From: a virus
Strand: one strand, 5' to 3'
Length of the DNA stretch: 64,000 nt
Virus record (IMG/VR): IMGVR_UViG_3300014050_000006
Location: 32,001 to 96,000 of that record
The notes under the pieces: generated by a model
Told to the model about the DNA's origin: nothing
The model's input: the letters and a program-made list of their open reading frames with translations, nothing else
Databases searched by the model: none
Program-made: the position numbers and the translations under genes
Part shown: piece by piece, positions 10,901 through 18,962 of the stretch
Numbering within the stretch: the stretch's first letter is position 1
How the letters are laid out: each line of letters starts with the position of its first letter

Positions 10901-11320
10901 ATTAGTAATAAAATCATATTTTATCCCAGTTCTCAATTTATATTCATTTAATGAATCATTTCTTGTAGTATTTTCATTAAAACCATTAGGAAAACCAGTT
11001 AATGGATAAAGTTGCCATTCAAGAATTTTTTTATAATCGAAATATTTTTCTCCATCTAAATTAACTACCATTTTTGGTGGTACAAATTTTGAAGGATTAG
11101 GAAAATATCTATCTATAAATTGTTGTGGTAACTTTAATATACTAGCTATATTACTATCATTATAACGAAATTTTTTCCCCCAATAGTAAGTACTAAAATA
11201 AGAATTTAAATTTGGATGTGTGCGAAGATCATCATCAATTACAAGCCCACTTACATATTTCCATTTATCATAAGCAGAACTATTTCCTGTACGAATATAA
11301 GTAGTAATATAATCACCCAT
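7943..11320 (-). CDS. Ig-like (Big_2-type) repeat and C-terminal LamG-like tail adhesin
   Basis: Repeated YxSSNxxVATV/IxxxGxxxITAxQ Ig-like units; C-terminal LamG-like ending (FSKVLSNEEHLALYN). Confidence 0.7.
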   Translation of the reverse strand: MGDYITTYIRTGNSSAYDKWKYVSGLVIDDDLRTHPNLNSYFSTYYWGKKFRYNDSNIASILKLPQQFIDRYFPNPSKFVPPKMVVNLDGEKYFDYKKILEWQLYPLTGFPNGFNENTTRNDSLNEYKLRTGIKYDFITNNIILSRTKNILPVDGEQYTYRFDGYHRDYVGYDPLSGYYTSTFGEYPIQYRQSGSIRLKIGETYQLPTHFKRKLPYQRPGFAPYYIPDEPIQWLIIDDSILNLGPNHLNITNNIVEMSNPSGARSYGLIGYSKGNHGGILKTLSNPDSPNICYTNPTIVKLNIIYSLFDQDISIPSYAFSTGIYSPDFNLNASVDTNNQLIYSTTNTGVATVDQNGLVHIVGNRGNANIIITAPKSGNYNPKSTFVNINITGLQQNLIVPNITLNKTYGDAPFNPGITSDAGLQVSYYSVKPLIYDYAGSGYVTITYAGSGYIYAKQNGNNIYEPADSNTGIFITINKANQSTSNFNTYLTGYPYTTIDLPVGTPEGQTLEYTTSDQSIASIAGFRLFLNKTGNVIITGINQGTVNYNPVTGVSYLTVLKNNQTSDPLSTENFSLPNPTQNFNLPSPLFLRYKENLTLPLFSDQGNVIEYYNGSNLLSINKNNITAVEIGTTILTGIASESSFLYPATGTISLTVDKAYSQINLENIPVFNINNNSGFSYTLNGTSNHNESGIEYTSSNTGVISISGSNKLIINNTGSGFITAYQPETDHYYSSSIQKSFQVIKVRNPQILSVSNLPNNIYYNPNGKYIQGYLQDEGTYNVKVQIKENDVICEKTLKLICYNPNKKYIYKVNYPINIGFIKYNPLERLGLADFDKDARKYFIRSNISDFSVQNKINSFITGLKNLNLWNNVINVYLLNSGYNSVAGTKIYGLKTGYDGTLLNSGQASWTSSGIFLRSGYVGNYVWSSSGKATISHPVLPLFNGNFTISMLAKTDKQNFGAWWLQSSRAGSDRSIWLQPNAYYYSNEIQYGGQWNPPNDKSISYTSSPILNTTNQYDMISYNVNYLPIASYSGSGSLNIYKNGYNLVNTASGGVNLPVLCYTGYLGYPCDMHSGFINGTTDFINNDGTKSQGYYSFAGAFSKVLSNEEHLALYNLVKNTVCADLNL

Positions 11321-11326
11321 AAATCT

Positions 11327-11476
11327 TTACCCGTTATAAAATCCACTTACGATAGCATTTAAATCTATAAATATTTTATCATTACTACCCGTTGGTAATT
11401 TATATTCTAAACCAGTAATAAAAGATGGTAATCCATGACAAGATATATCATTAAATTCAAAATAATCATTACTCAT
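11327..11476 (-). CDS. Small 49-aa hypothetical protein (MSNDYFEFNDISCHG...)
   Basis: Translated by hand. Has an AGG-N4-AGG leader and upstream GTGTAA; in frame with the downstream 1125-aa ORF. Confidence 0.65.
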   Translation of the reverse strand: MSNDYFEFNDISCHGLPSFITGLEYKLPTGSNDKIFIDLNAIVSGFYNG

Positions 11477-11498
11477 ATTTTACCTTTATCCTTTAGTA

Positions 11499-11518
11499 TA
11501 GAATCTTTATAGATTCTA
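11499..11518. repeat. Perfect inverted repeat TAGAATCT-N4-AGATTCTA in 5' leader
   Basis: 8-bp arms between the GTGTAA motif (11525-11530) and the 49-aa ORF; possible operator or RNA hairpin. Confidence 0.5.
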
Positions 11519-11546
11519 ACTAATTTACACTAGAATATGATATATT

Positions 11547-11972
11547 TTAAAGGAAAAATATGGCCCACGAATCACCATCAGCTGCAACAGAAAAATGGCG
11601 ATATACAAATTTATTAGAAATTGTATGTTTAAAAAATTCTTGAAAAGCTTGATCATTTTTAGGTATTCTAAAAATTTGACCTGAAACAGGAGTTGTTTTA
11701 TATTCATTTTCTATAGATTCTAAATCTACTTTAATTTGTGGATTTTGCTCTAAGAAATGTAAAACAAAATTTTTTGTACTTTCAAGGTTATCTCTTGCAT
11801 ACATTTGAATTGCTGATCTACAAGAACAATTTGGATTTTTACTATATGTTTCTATTTTGTCTACTATTGATGGAGCAAATTCTTTAAAAGACTTGATAAA
11901 TAATACATCGTTTCGTATCAACCATAAAACTACTTGATCAAAATAGCTATTAAAAATTGGATTATCTTTCAT
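11547..11972 (-). CDS. Hypothetical non-structural protein with CxC motif
   Basis: 141-aa ORF with NPNCSC; has its own sigma70-like promoter. Confidence 0.7.
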   Translation of the reverse strand: MKDNPIFNSYFDQVVLWLIRNDVLFIKSFKEFAPSIVDKIETYSKNPNCSCRSAIQMYARDNLESTKNFVLHFLEQNPQIKVDLESIENEYKTTPVSGQIFRIPKNDQAFQEFFKHTISNKFVYRHFSVAADGDSWAIFFL

Positions 11973-11979
11973 ATATAGT

Positions 11980-12007
11980 ATTATATATAGATATTTTAAA
12001 AAGTCTA
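11980..12007 (-). promoter_or_regulatory. Sigma70-like promoter TAGACT-N16-TATAAT
   Basis: -10 box lies 7 nt from the ATG at 11972 (leaderless-type); same TAGACW -35 as two other sites. Confidence 0.55.
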
Positions 12008-12010
12008 AAA

Positions 12011-13519
12011 TTAATAATTATTAATATCAATTCCAGAATAATAAGAGTAAGATTTGCCAAATGCATAAGTTTTTAATTCTAAATTTATTAAATTATTCAT
12101 ATGTTTTATATTTTTTAAATTAATACTTTTATAATATGCTCTCCCTAAACTATTAGCATTATAAATATCATTGTATATTTTTATTCCATTACAATATATC
12201 TTAAATATATCATATATTGGATTACAATTATTATTTTTTATAGATATATAAATTTGTGCAGAAAATTGATTCAAATTATTAAAATAACCAGTTTTTATCT
12301 CAAAATAAGGAACTATTCCACAGCAATCAGAGCATGTATAATATTGATCGCAATAACAATTTGTGCCAGATATATTATATTCATTTATTGCATAATATTC
12401 TTGAAATTGATTCCAAGGTCTTTCATATATATAAGCTGCGCCTTTTCTGTATTCGGCATCATATACGCCTATTAAAAGTTTATTATAATTACTATCAACA
12501 ACAAAATTATTTCCAAAATTTTCACTTGAATAAAAATTTGGATTTTTTATATTTATATTTTCATACCAATTATTTCCATTTTTTCTATAATTATGTATTG
12601 TCCCATTATGATTATTTTCTGAAGCAAAAATAAAATTTCCACTTTCATTTATGAATAAACATTTTCCTAAATGATTTGTATTTCCAGTTATTAAATATTC
12701 ATTTTCCCAAGAAGTATTATTTTTTTTATAAATATAAACTGCGCCAGAATTTGAAAAACTATTTGGTTCACCAGCTAAGATATAATTTCCAGTTTGATTT
12801 ATATAAAAATTTTCTCCGAAAAGAGAATTATAATGACTACCAGTTAATTTTTGAGATTGAACCCAATTATTATTATCTCCAGTATAAATAAATATTGCGC
12901 CAGTATTATTATTCAAAAAAGAACCAATTAAAATTACATCTCCACTATTAATTGCTACTTTAGCGCCATAAAAAGTTCTATATCTATTACCCGAAAGAAT
13001 CACTCCATCATTTTCAGTAAAAGTGGTCGCAAGATTCCAATTATTTGCATTTCCAGTATATAAATATGCTTTACCACTAGAAGAATTTTCGATATTCGTA
13101 CCAATTACTATTTTATCTCCTTTTTTATTTAAAGCTATATTATATCCAAAAGATTCTTTACCAGAAATATTTCCACTAATTTCATAAGATTTATTCCAAT
13201 TTTTACCATCTCCAGTAAAAATATAAACTATTCCATCTAAACGATTTTTTCCTGGTGAACTTACTGCTAATATATTTCCATCATCATTTGATGCAATTGA
13301 AAAACCAAAATTTTCATACGCATGTGGATTGTATGAATTAATTTTACATAATTCATTCCAATTCCATTCTGTATCGTATTGTTTATAAACATAAACTATG
13401 CCAGTATTATTATAAACAGGCGCGCTTACAAAAACAAGATTTTCATCAGTAACTGCAATACCTTGTCCAAAAAAAATTCCACTTAAAGTTTTATCAAAAT
13501 TTAATTTATTTGTTTTCAT
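12011..13519 (-). CDS. FG-GAP (integrin alpha-like) beta-propeller protein
   Basis: Repeats FGxSIAxNxxGxxLAVxxP...GxVYIF. Confidence 0.8.
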   Translation of the reverse strand: MKTNKLNFDKTLSGIFFGQGIAVTDENLVFVSAPVYNNTGIVYVYKQYDTEWNWNELCKINSYNPHAYENFGFSIASNDDGNILAVSSPGKNRLDGIVYIFTGDGKNWNKSYEISGNISGKESFGYNIALNKKGDKIVIGTNIENSSSGKAYLYTGNANNWNLATTFTENDGVILSGNRYRTFYGAKVAINSGDVILIGSFLNNNTGAIFIYTGDNNNWVQSQKLTGSHYNSLFGENFYINQTGNYILAGEPNSFSNSGAVYIYKKNNTSWENEYLITGNTNHLGKCLFINESGNFIFASENNHNGTIHNYRKNGNNWYENINIKNPNFYSSENFGNNFVVDSNYNKLLIGVYDAEYRKGAAYIYERPWNQFQEYYAINEYNISGTNCYCDQYYTCSDCCGIVPYFEIKTGYFNNLNQFSAQIYISIKNNNCNPIYDIFKIYCNGIKIYNDIYNANSLGRAYYKSINLKNIKHMNNLINLELKTYAFGKSYSYYSGIDINNY

Positions 13520-16500
13520 TTATATTTTTAATTTGTTTAATTGTTTCTTCAGTTTTTTCTTCTACTAAATTTTCTAAATTTAGATAATCCATATTTTTGA
13601 TATCTTGAATTGGTATTTCTAATAATGAACTTAATAAGTCTAAATTAATAACTGCTGAAACAGTATAGCTACTACTACTAGAATCACCACGACATGCACA
13701 TTTATTACATGTAAGCGTGGTTCCAGCATTGGCGCATTCAGGACCTTCAACTGGAACAGAAAAATATTTTCTATATGGTTGTTGTCCAGGAGGACAATCG
13801 CATTCAGTATTTAAAACAAATGGATAGCCCATATCTGCACAATCACAAAATCTTACACATTTTTCGCATTTATATGATTCAAGAGCGCAAAAGCCATAAT
13901 TAGGTTTTGGCACTACAATGCTTTCACAACTCCAAGAAAATACATCTGTTCTTGAATTACCATATTTTTCTTCACATATAAATGGATCACAATAACTTGA
14001 TGATCCAACGCCTCCATCATAATCAGCACACGCATTACATGGGCCTGGACCTGGACCTGGAGGTGGACCTGGAGGTGGAGCAGGAGAAGGGGAAGGAGAA
14101 GGAGAAGGACTTGGTCCTGGAGAAGAGGAAGAACTAGAAGAAGAAATTATAACAACAACAAGATTTTCGCAAGTTGTTCCATAAGTATTTGATGCGCAAA
14201 TTTGTATATTAAAATTTCCAGGAATTAATGGTGTTCCAGAAATAACGCATCCATTTGATACTAATCCAGGAGGTAAATTTTTTACACTACAAGAATCATA
14301 AAGTCCAGAAGCAGTAATAGTATAATCAATTAATGTTTCTATATCTTGTGCAACATATAATGGACTTGTGATAATTGGAAGTGGTATTGGACAATATGGT
14401 AATTTTTTTAAGCTTTGCATTAAATTTATTGGCGCATTTACAACTGGAGAAATATTATTATCTCCAAAAATTCCATTTCCAATTTGAGAAGCTTTTGCAT
14501 ATAAAGTTTTTAATTCTTTTTCATTATAAAAAAAGTTTTTCTTATCAATTTCATCATTTAGTTCTTTATCTAAATAAATAAAATTAAATGAAATATTCTG
14601 ATTAGAAGAATATGTAGCTATTTTATTCAAAAAACCTGAATATTTTATTTCTATTGGATTTGTAAAATATGGATCTAATAAATCACAATCATTTGCATCA
14701 GATTCTATATAAGGAAAATTATTAGTAATAATATTTATTATTTTCTTTTTATTGTAATTTGAATTCCATGATAAATTATAAATTGCATAATCTATTGCAT
14801 CATTTAAAGCAACGCCTTCTTTTGTCTTTTCTAAAGGTTCTAATACTTTAGTTGAATTTATAAAATCTGTAAAATTAGTAGTAAATTGTAAACCTGTAAT
14901 ATTTAGACTATCAAGAAAATATACGTTTGCAATTTCATTAAATTTTGAATTTTTATTTAAAAAATCTTTAAATAGAATAGAATTAGATTTGAATAAAGCC
15001 AATCCAGATCTGTTGCTATAAGATAAGTCTATAATATTTGCAAGTTGTATCCCTGAGTTACATAAACTTGGAAAAGAGATATTAGTATCATTATAAATAC
15101 TTTTTACTTTAATTTGATAATTTCCAGAATTAAATAAGCCAGAATATGTTTTTATAGTTGCATTATTATAAGATAAAAAATTACTTTCATAAATTGGTAA
15201 ATATCCACTTATTTCTCCACTTTTATAAAGAATAAATTTATGTTTTGTATTATAAGGAGATGAAAAATTTTCTTCACCTTTCAAATTAATTAAAAAATTA
15301 CTTGAATTTTTTGTTGGACAAAGTAGATCTACGGGTTTATTTCCAAAAATTAAATTTTGAGATGGAGAAGTATCAGAATATTGAATATTAGAATCTGAAA
15401 ATATATAAACTGCTCCTTTATTATCGTAACCATCTCCAATTGCACCTATAACAGCTATATTACCAGCATTATTTAAATCTATACTAAAACCAAAATTATC
15501 TCCATAATCAAAATCACCATCACCTGTTATTTTTTTATTTAATATCCAAGAGCCATTATTTTCAAAAAGATAAACTGCTCCAGCTAAATTTCCGTTTTCA
15601 TTATTCTGGTTATAAGAACTAACTAAACTTACATTTCCTTCTCCATTTAAAGTCACTTTATTTCCAAAATTTTCGTACCCTTGGGCTTCTCCTGTGAATT
15701 TTTTAGATAAAATATAATTTAAATTATTTCCAGTAAATAAATATGCTGCACCAGATCCCAAATCGCTATTTAATGATCCAATTAAAAGTTTATCTCCAGA
15801 ATTATTTAAATCTAAATCAATACCAAAATTTATAACTTTATTATCTCCAGTAATTTGTTTTAATATATAATTTAAAGTTCCAGCACTAAATTCATCTGGT
15901 GTTCCTTGCGCTAATCCAATTTTCCATCCAGTAAAAGGTAAAATATTTATATCTGAACTATCATTATAAAATTCAGGAGAGTCATTAGCTTCTAATTCCC
16001 ATCTATTATTTAATAAAGAAAAATAAATCCAACTATTTAAAGATTCGTGTTTATATCCAGTAGTAGCAAATGTTGAAAAAGGCGATATGTTTTGATATAT
16101 ATATTTTCCATTTATATCTTCTGAATTATCAGTCAATTCAAATCCATTCAGAGAAATTTCTTGTGGAATTTTCCAATCTAATACATAAACTTTTCCAGAG
16201 TTTTGATTTTCATATGGAGCACCAAAAGCTAAAATATTTCCAGATTCATTTAAACTTATACTATTAGGATAATTAATGGTATTTGGCGTTCCAGTAATTA
16301 TAGAATTTAATTTCCAATCAGATATATCTTTTTTATATATGTAAACTTGTCCAGAATTTAAATTCCCTCGTGAACCCACAGCAATAATATCACCCGAATA
16401 ATTAATATCTAAACTTTGACCAAAATATTCATAATTTCTATTAATACCTGTTAATTCTTGAAACAAAGACCAATTAGTATTATTTTTTACATAAATATAT

Positions 16501-16826
16501 GCTGAACCATTTAATATTTTTTCATTTAAACCTGTTTTAGCTGGTGAGCTAGCAACTATAATATTACCAAGCCCATTTAATTTAGCGCTATATCCAAAAA
16601 GTCCTATATTTGAATCATCTATATTTTGTCCAGTTAATTTTTGAGTTAAAAACCAGCCTTTATTATTTTGATTTAACCCTCCACTTTCATAAACATAAAC
16701 TCCAGAACCATAAGTTCCAACAATTAAAGTATTTCCAAAAGAATCTAGCGATGAATTAAAACCAAATTTTTGCGTTAATGTATTATTTTCGCTAAATTTT
16801 TGATTAAAATATATTGGTAATCCCAT
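13506..16826 (-). CDS. Multidomain adhesin: FG-GAP propeller + vWA (MIDAS) + putative Ig (He_PIG-like) + Pro-rich + Cys-rich + conserved C-terminus
   Basis: FG-GAP repeats; IIDLSYS (DxSxS) and ALNDAI...LSW...KIINIIT; LPPGL...ISGTP...ASNTYG; then SSSSPGPSPSP and a Cys-rich tail. Confidence 0.8.
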   Translation of the reverse strand: MGLPIYFNQKFSENNTLTQKFGFNSSLDSFGNTLIVGTYGSGVYVYESGGLNQNNKGWFLTQKLTGQNIDDSNIGLFGYSAKLNGLGNIIVASSPAKTGLNEKILNGSAYIYVKNNTNWSLFQELTGINRNYEYFGQSLDINYSGDIIAVGSRGNLNSGQVYIYKKDISDWKLNSIITGTPNTINYPNSISLNESGNILAFGAPYENQNSGKVYVLDWKIPQEISLNGFELTDNSEDINGKYIYQNISPFSTFATTGYKHESLNSWIYFSLLNNRWELEANDSPEFYNDSSDINILPFTGWKIGLAQGTPDEFSAGTLNYILKQITGDNKVINFGIDLDLNNSGDKLLIGSLNSDLGSGAAYLFTGNNLNYILSKKFTGEAQGYENFGNKVTLNGEGNVSLVSSYNQNNENGNLAGAVYLFENNGSWILNKKITGDGDFDYGDNFGFSIDLNNAGNIAVIGAIGDGYDNKGAVYIFSDSNIQYSDTSPSQNLIFGNKPVDLLCPTKNSSNFLINLKGEENFSSPYNTKHKFILYKSGEISGYLPIYESNFLSYNNATIKTYSGLFNSGNYQIKVKSIYNDTNISFPSLCNSGIQLANIIDLSYSNRSGLALFKSNSILFKDFLNKNSKFNEIANVYFLDSLNITGLQFTTNFTDFINSTKVLEPLEKTKEGVALNDAIDYAIYNLSWNSNYNKKKIINIITNNFPYIESDANDCDLLDPYFTNPIEIKYSGFLNKIATYSSNQNISFNFIYLDKELNDEIDKKNFFYNEKELKTLYAKASQIGNGIFGDNNISPVVNAPINLMQSLKKLPYCPIPLPIITSPLYVAQDIETLIDYTITASGLYDSCSVKNLPPGLVSNGCVISGTPLIPGNFNIQICASNTYGTTCENLVVVIISSSSSSSSPGPSPSPSPSPSPAPPPGPPPGPGPGPCNACADYDGGVGSSSYCDPFICEEKYGNSRTDVFSWSCESIVVPKPNYGFCALESYKCEKCVRFCDCADMGYPFVLNTECDCPPGQQPYRKYFSVPVEGPECANAGTTLTCNKCACRGDSSSSSYTVSAVINLDLLSSLLEIPIQDIKNMDYLNLENLVEEKTEETIKQIKNINENK

Positions 16827-16851
16827 AATTAAACCTTTTGCCTATAATATT

Positions 16852-16857
16852 TTACAC
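16852..16857 (-). promoter_or_regulatory. GTGTAA late-promoter-like motif
   Basis: Intergenic, 25 nt upstream of the ATG at 16826. Confidence 0.65.
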
Positions 16858-16865
16858 GTTTAATC

Positions 16866-18962
16866 TCATAAAATATTAAATTTAATATTATTAAAATTGT
16901 CAATAATATTATCTTCATGAGAAATTATTTTTTGTGAAAAAGATGAAATATAATTATTAGTAAAATAAAAACCAGTAGCAACTGTATAATCTATAAAACT
17001 ATGCTCCCAAATTCCTAAATTTTCACAAGATCCTTCAGAAAAAATACCACTAAAATATCCACTTCCACTTATAGTATTTCCAAGATGAGATATTCTAGTT
17101 CTTATTCCAGTTCCATAAGAATTTCCAGTCAAGTAATCTAAATTTTCTAAATAAGTAAATCCAGTTTCGTTTCCAGTTACAGAAATAATTAAAAATTTTG
17201 GTATATTTTTATCATTAATAATTTGACCATTTTTTGAAGTATACAATTGAAGATCATTAACCGCTTTTCCAGTAGCTAAAAAATAAAAAAATGGAGTATC
17301 TGGTGAACATTCATCAATAAATAAATCAAAATAATTAGTACCAGAAATCAATGCTATTCCAGAATAAAAAGTTTTGTCTTCTTTCACTTTGCAATCTAAC
17401 AAACCAGAATATCCAGTTATTATTTTTGATGCATCTGAAAGAAAAATATAACCAGAAATTCCAGTTGTTATTTTATTGAAAAAATAATGACCACCTTCAA
17501 AAAACCTAAAAAAATCAGTATTTACAATTCCAGTAGAACTATATCCAGTTCCATATCCAGTTGATAATAAATAATATGGAGCACTTATAATTTGTTGATT
17601 TTCTAAAGAGCCAAGATGTTTTCCACTAAAAACTTTTGAATAATATTGTCCAGTATTTAAATATACGCCAGTTATGTCTCCAGAATATGTAGATGTTACA
17701 AAACTTACAACATTACCAACTCTACCAGTTATTTGTATAGGATTGCCATCTTGATCTACGCTATATCCAGTTGCTATAAAATTTCCAGTATTGTAGAATA
17801 AAGGTCCGCCACCTATATATGGAACATATCCAGAAACATGAACTGAAATTTCTCCCGAAGCAGGTATATCTAAATAAACATAACCTGTACCTAATCCCGT
17901 TCCAGTTAATGAATATTTTAATTCTACATCTCCAGTAGCATAAATAAATTCTTTTGCTAAAATTCCACTAACAAAAGAAATTTGATTAGAATTATAGTAA
18001 GAATTATAACCTGTAATTAAAATTGGATCATATATAGTTTGTTCTACAAAACCAGATCCAGTAATAATTCCTGATATAGTTTTATTTAAGAATCCCGTAC
18101 CAATTATATCTCCAGTAAAAAATCCAGTTGTTCCACTTATGTAAGTCAATTCTATATTTAAATAAGAACCACTGCTTGAACCATATTCAGTAATAAATTC
18201 TAGAGTTTGATTGTTTAAGATATTTTGATTTCCTGATGGAGAAAAAGAAAATTTATAAAAAGTTAATGGTATATATTCATTTTGAACATTTAAATTAAAA
18301 TTTATATCACCATAGTTTGTATTTGCAATAATTGGTAAAGTAGTTGTATTATTGTTGTTAATTAGATTTATACCAGAATCTGTTAGTATATAAAAATAAC
18401 CAGTATCATTAAAAGACAAAGGAAAACCAGATAAAGTATATTGAGGCACCCCATTTATATACGCATCAAAAATTTTTACATTTAAATTAGGTTTTGTATT
18501 AATAAATCTTCCAGTTATTATATTTACTATTTCATTTGTATTATCATTCTTGTATCTTTTATTTAAAATAGATGCTTGTAAAGTTGTTGCTTCTCCTTGT
18601 ATTGAAAAATCAAAATCTATAGTTAATCCAGAAGGACTGACGAAAAAATAATTATAATCATGATTAGTGAAAAAATCACTTTGTTTAAAAAAGAATTTAG
18701 GAGAGTTGTTAAAATAAAGAGTATCTTTTGAATCTATTATATTATTTTGTAAAGTAAATGGTTCATTAATTTTATATGAACCAAGTAATTTATTGTAAGG
18801 ATCATATATTTCGCCACTTTTTATAGTAAAAATATAATTCCATTCTCCACTTAAACCAAAAGAACCAGATCCAGTTGTATTATCTATAGATAAAGTCCAA
18901 TTGGTTGAAAAATTACCAGTTTGATTTAAAAAATTTCTATAAACTAAAGAGCTTGTTATCAT
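16866..18962 (-). CDS. S/T-G-rich tail/baseplate structural protein
   Basis: 698-aa beta-rich ORF in the tail cluster; about 52 TG/SG dipeptides by hand count. Confidence 0.6.
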   Translation of the reverse strand: MITSSLVYRNFLNQTGNFSTNWTLSIDNTTGSGSFGLSGEWNYIFTIKSGEIYDPYNKLLGSYKINEPFTLQNNIIDSKDTLYFNNSPKFFFKQSDFFTNHDYNYFFVSPSGLTIDFDFSIQGEATTLQASILNKRYKNDNTNEIVNIITGRFINTKPNLNVKIFDAYINGVPQYTLSGFPLSFNDTGYFYILTDSGINLINNNNTTTLPIIANTNYGDINFNLNVQNEYIPLTFYKFSFSPSGNQNILNNQTLEFITEYGSSSGSYLNIELTYISGTTGFFTGDIIGTGFLNKTISGIITGSGFVEQTIYDPILITGYNSYYNSNQISFVSGILAKEFIYATGDVELKYSLTGTGLGTGYVYLDIPASGEISVHVSGYVPYIGGGPLFYNTGNFIATGYSVDQDGNPIQITGRVGNVVSFVTSTYSGDITGVYLNTGQYYSKVFSGKHLGSLENQQIISAPYYLLSTGYGTGYSSTGIVNTDFFRFFEGGHYFFNKITTGISGYIFLSDASKIITGYSGLLDCKVKEDKTFYSGIALISGTNYFDLFIDECSPDTPFFYFLATGKAVNDLQLYTSKNGQIINDKNIPKFLIISVTGNETGFTYLENLDYLTGNSYGTGIRTRISHLGNTISGSGYFSGIFSEGSCENLGIWEHSFIDYTVATGFYFTNNYISSFSQKIISHEDNIIDNFNNIKFNIL

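Noticed and set aside
1579-13680. Repeat pair 1579-1760 / 13506-13680 as a DGR template and variable region
   Set aside because: Both copies are coding, the differences are not confined to adenines, and there is no reverse transcriptase in the window.
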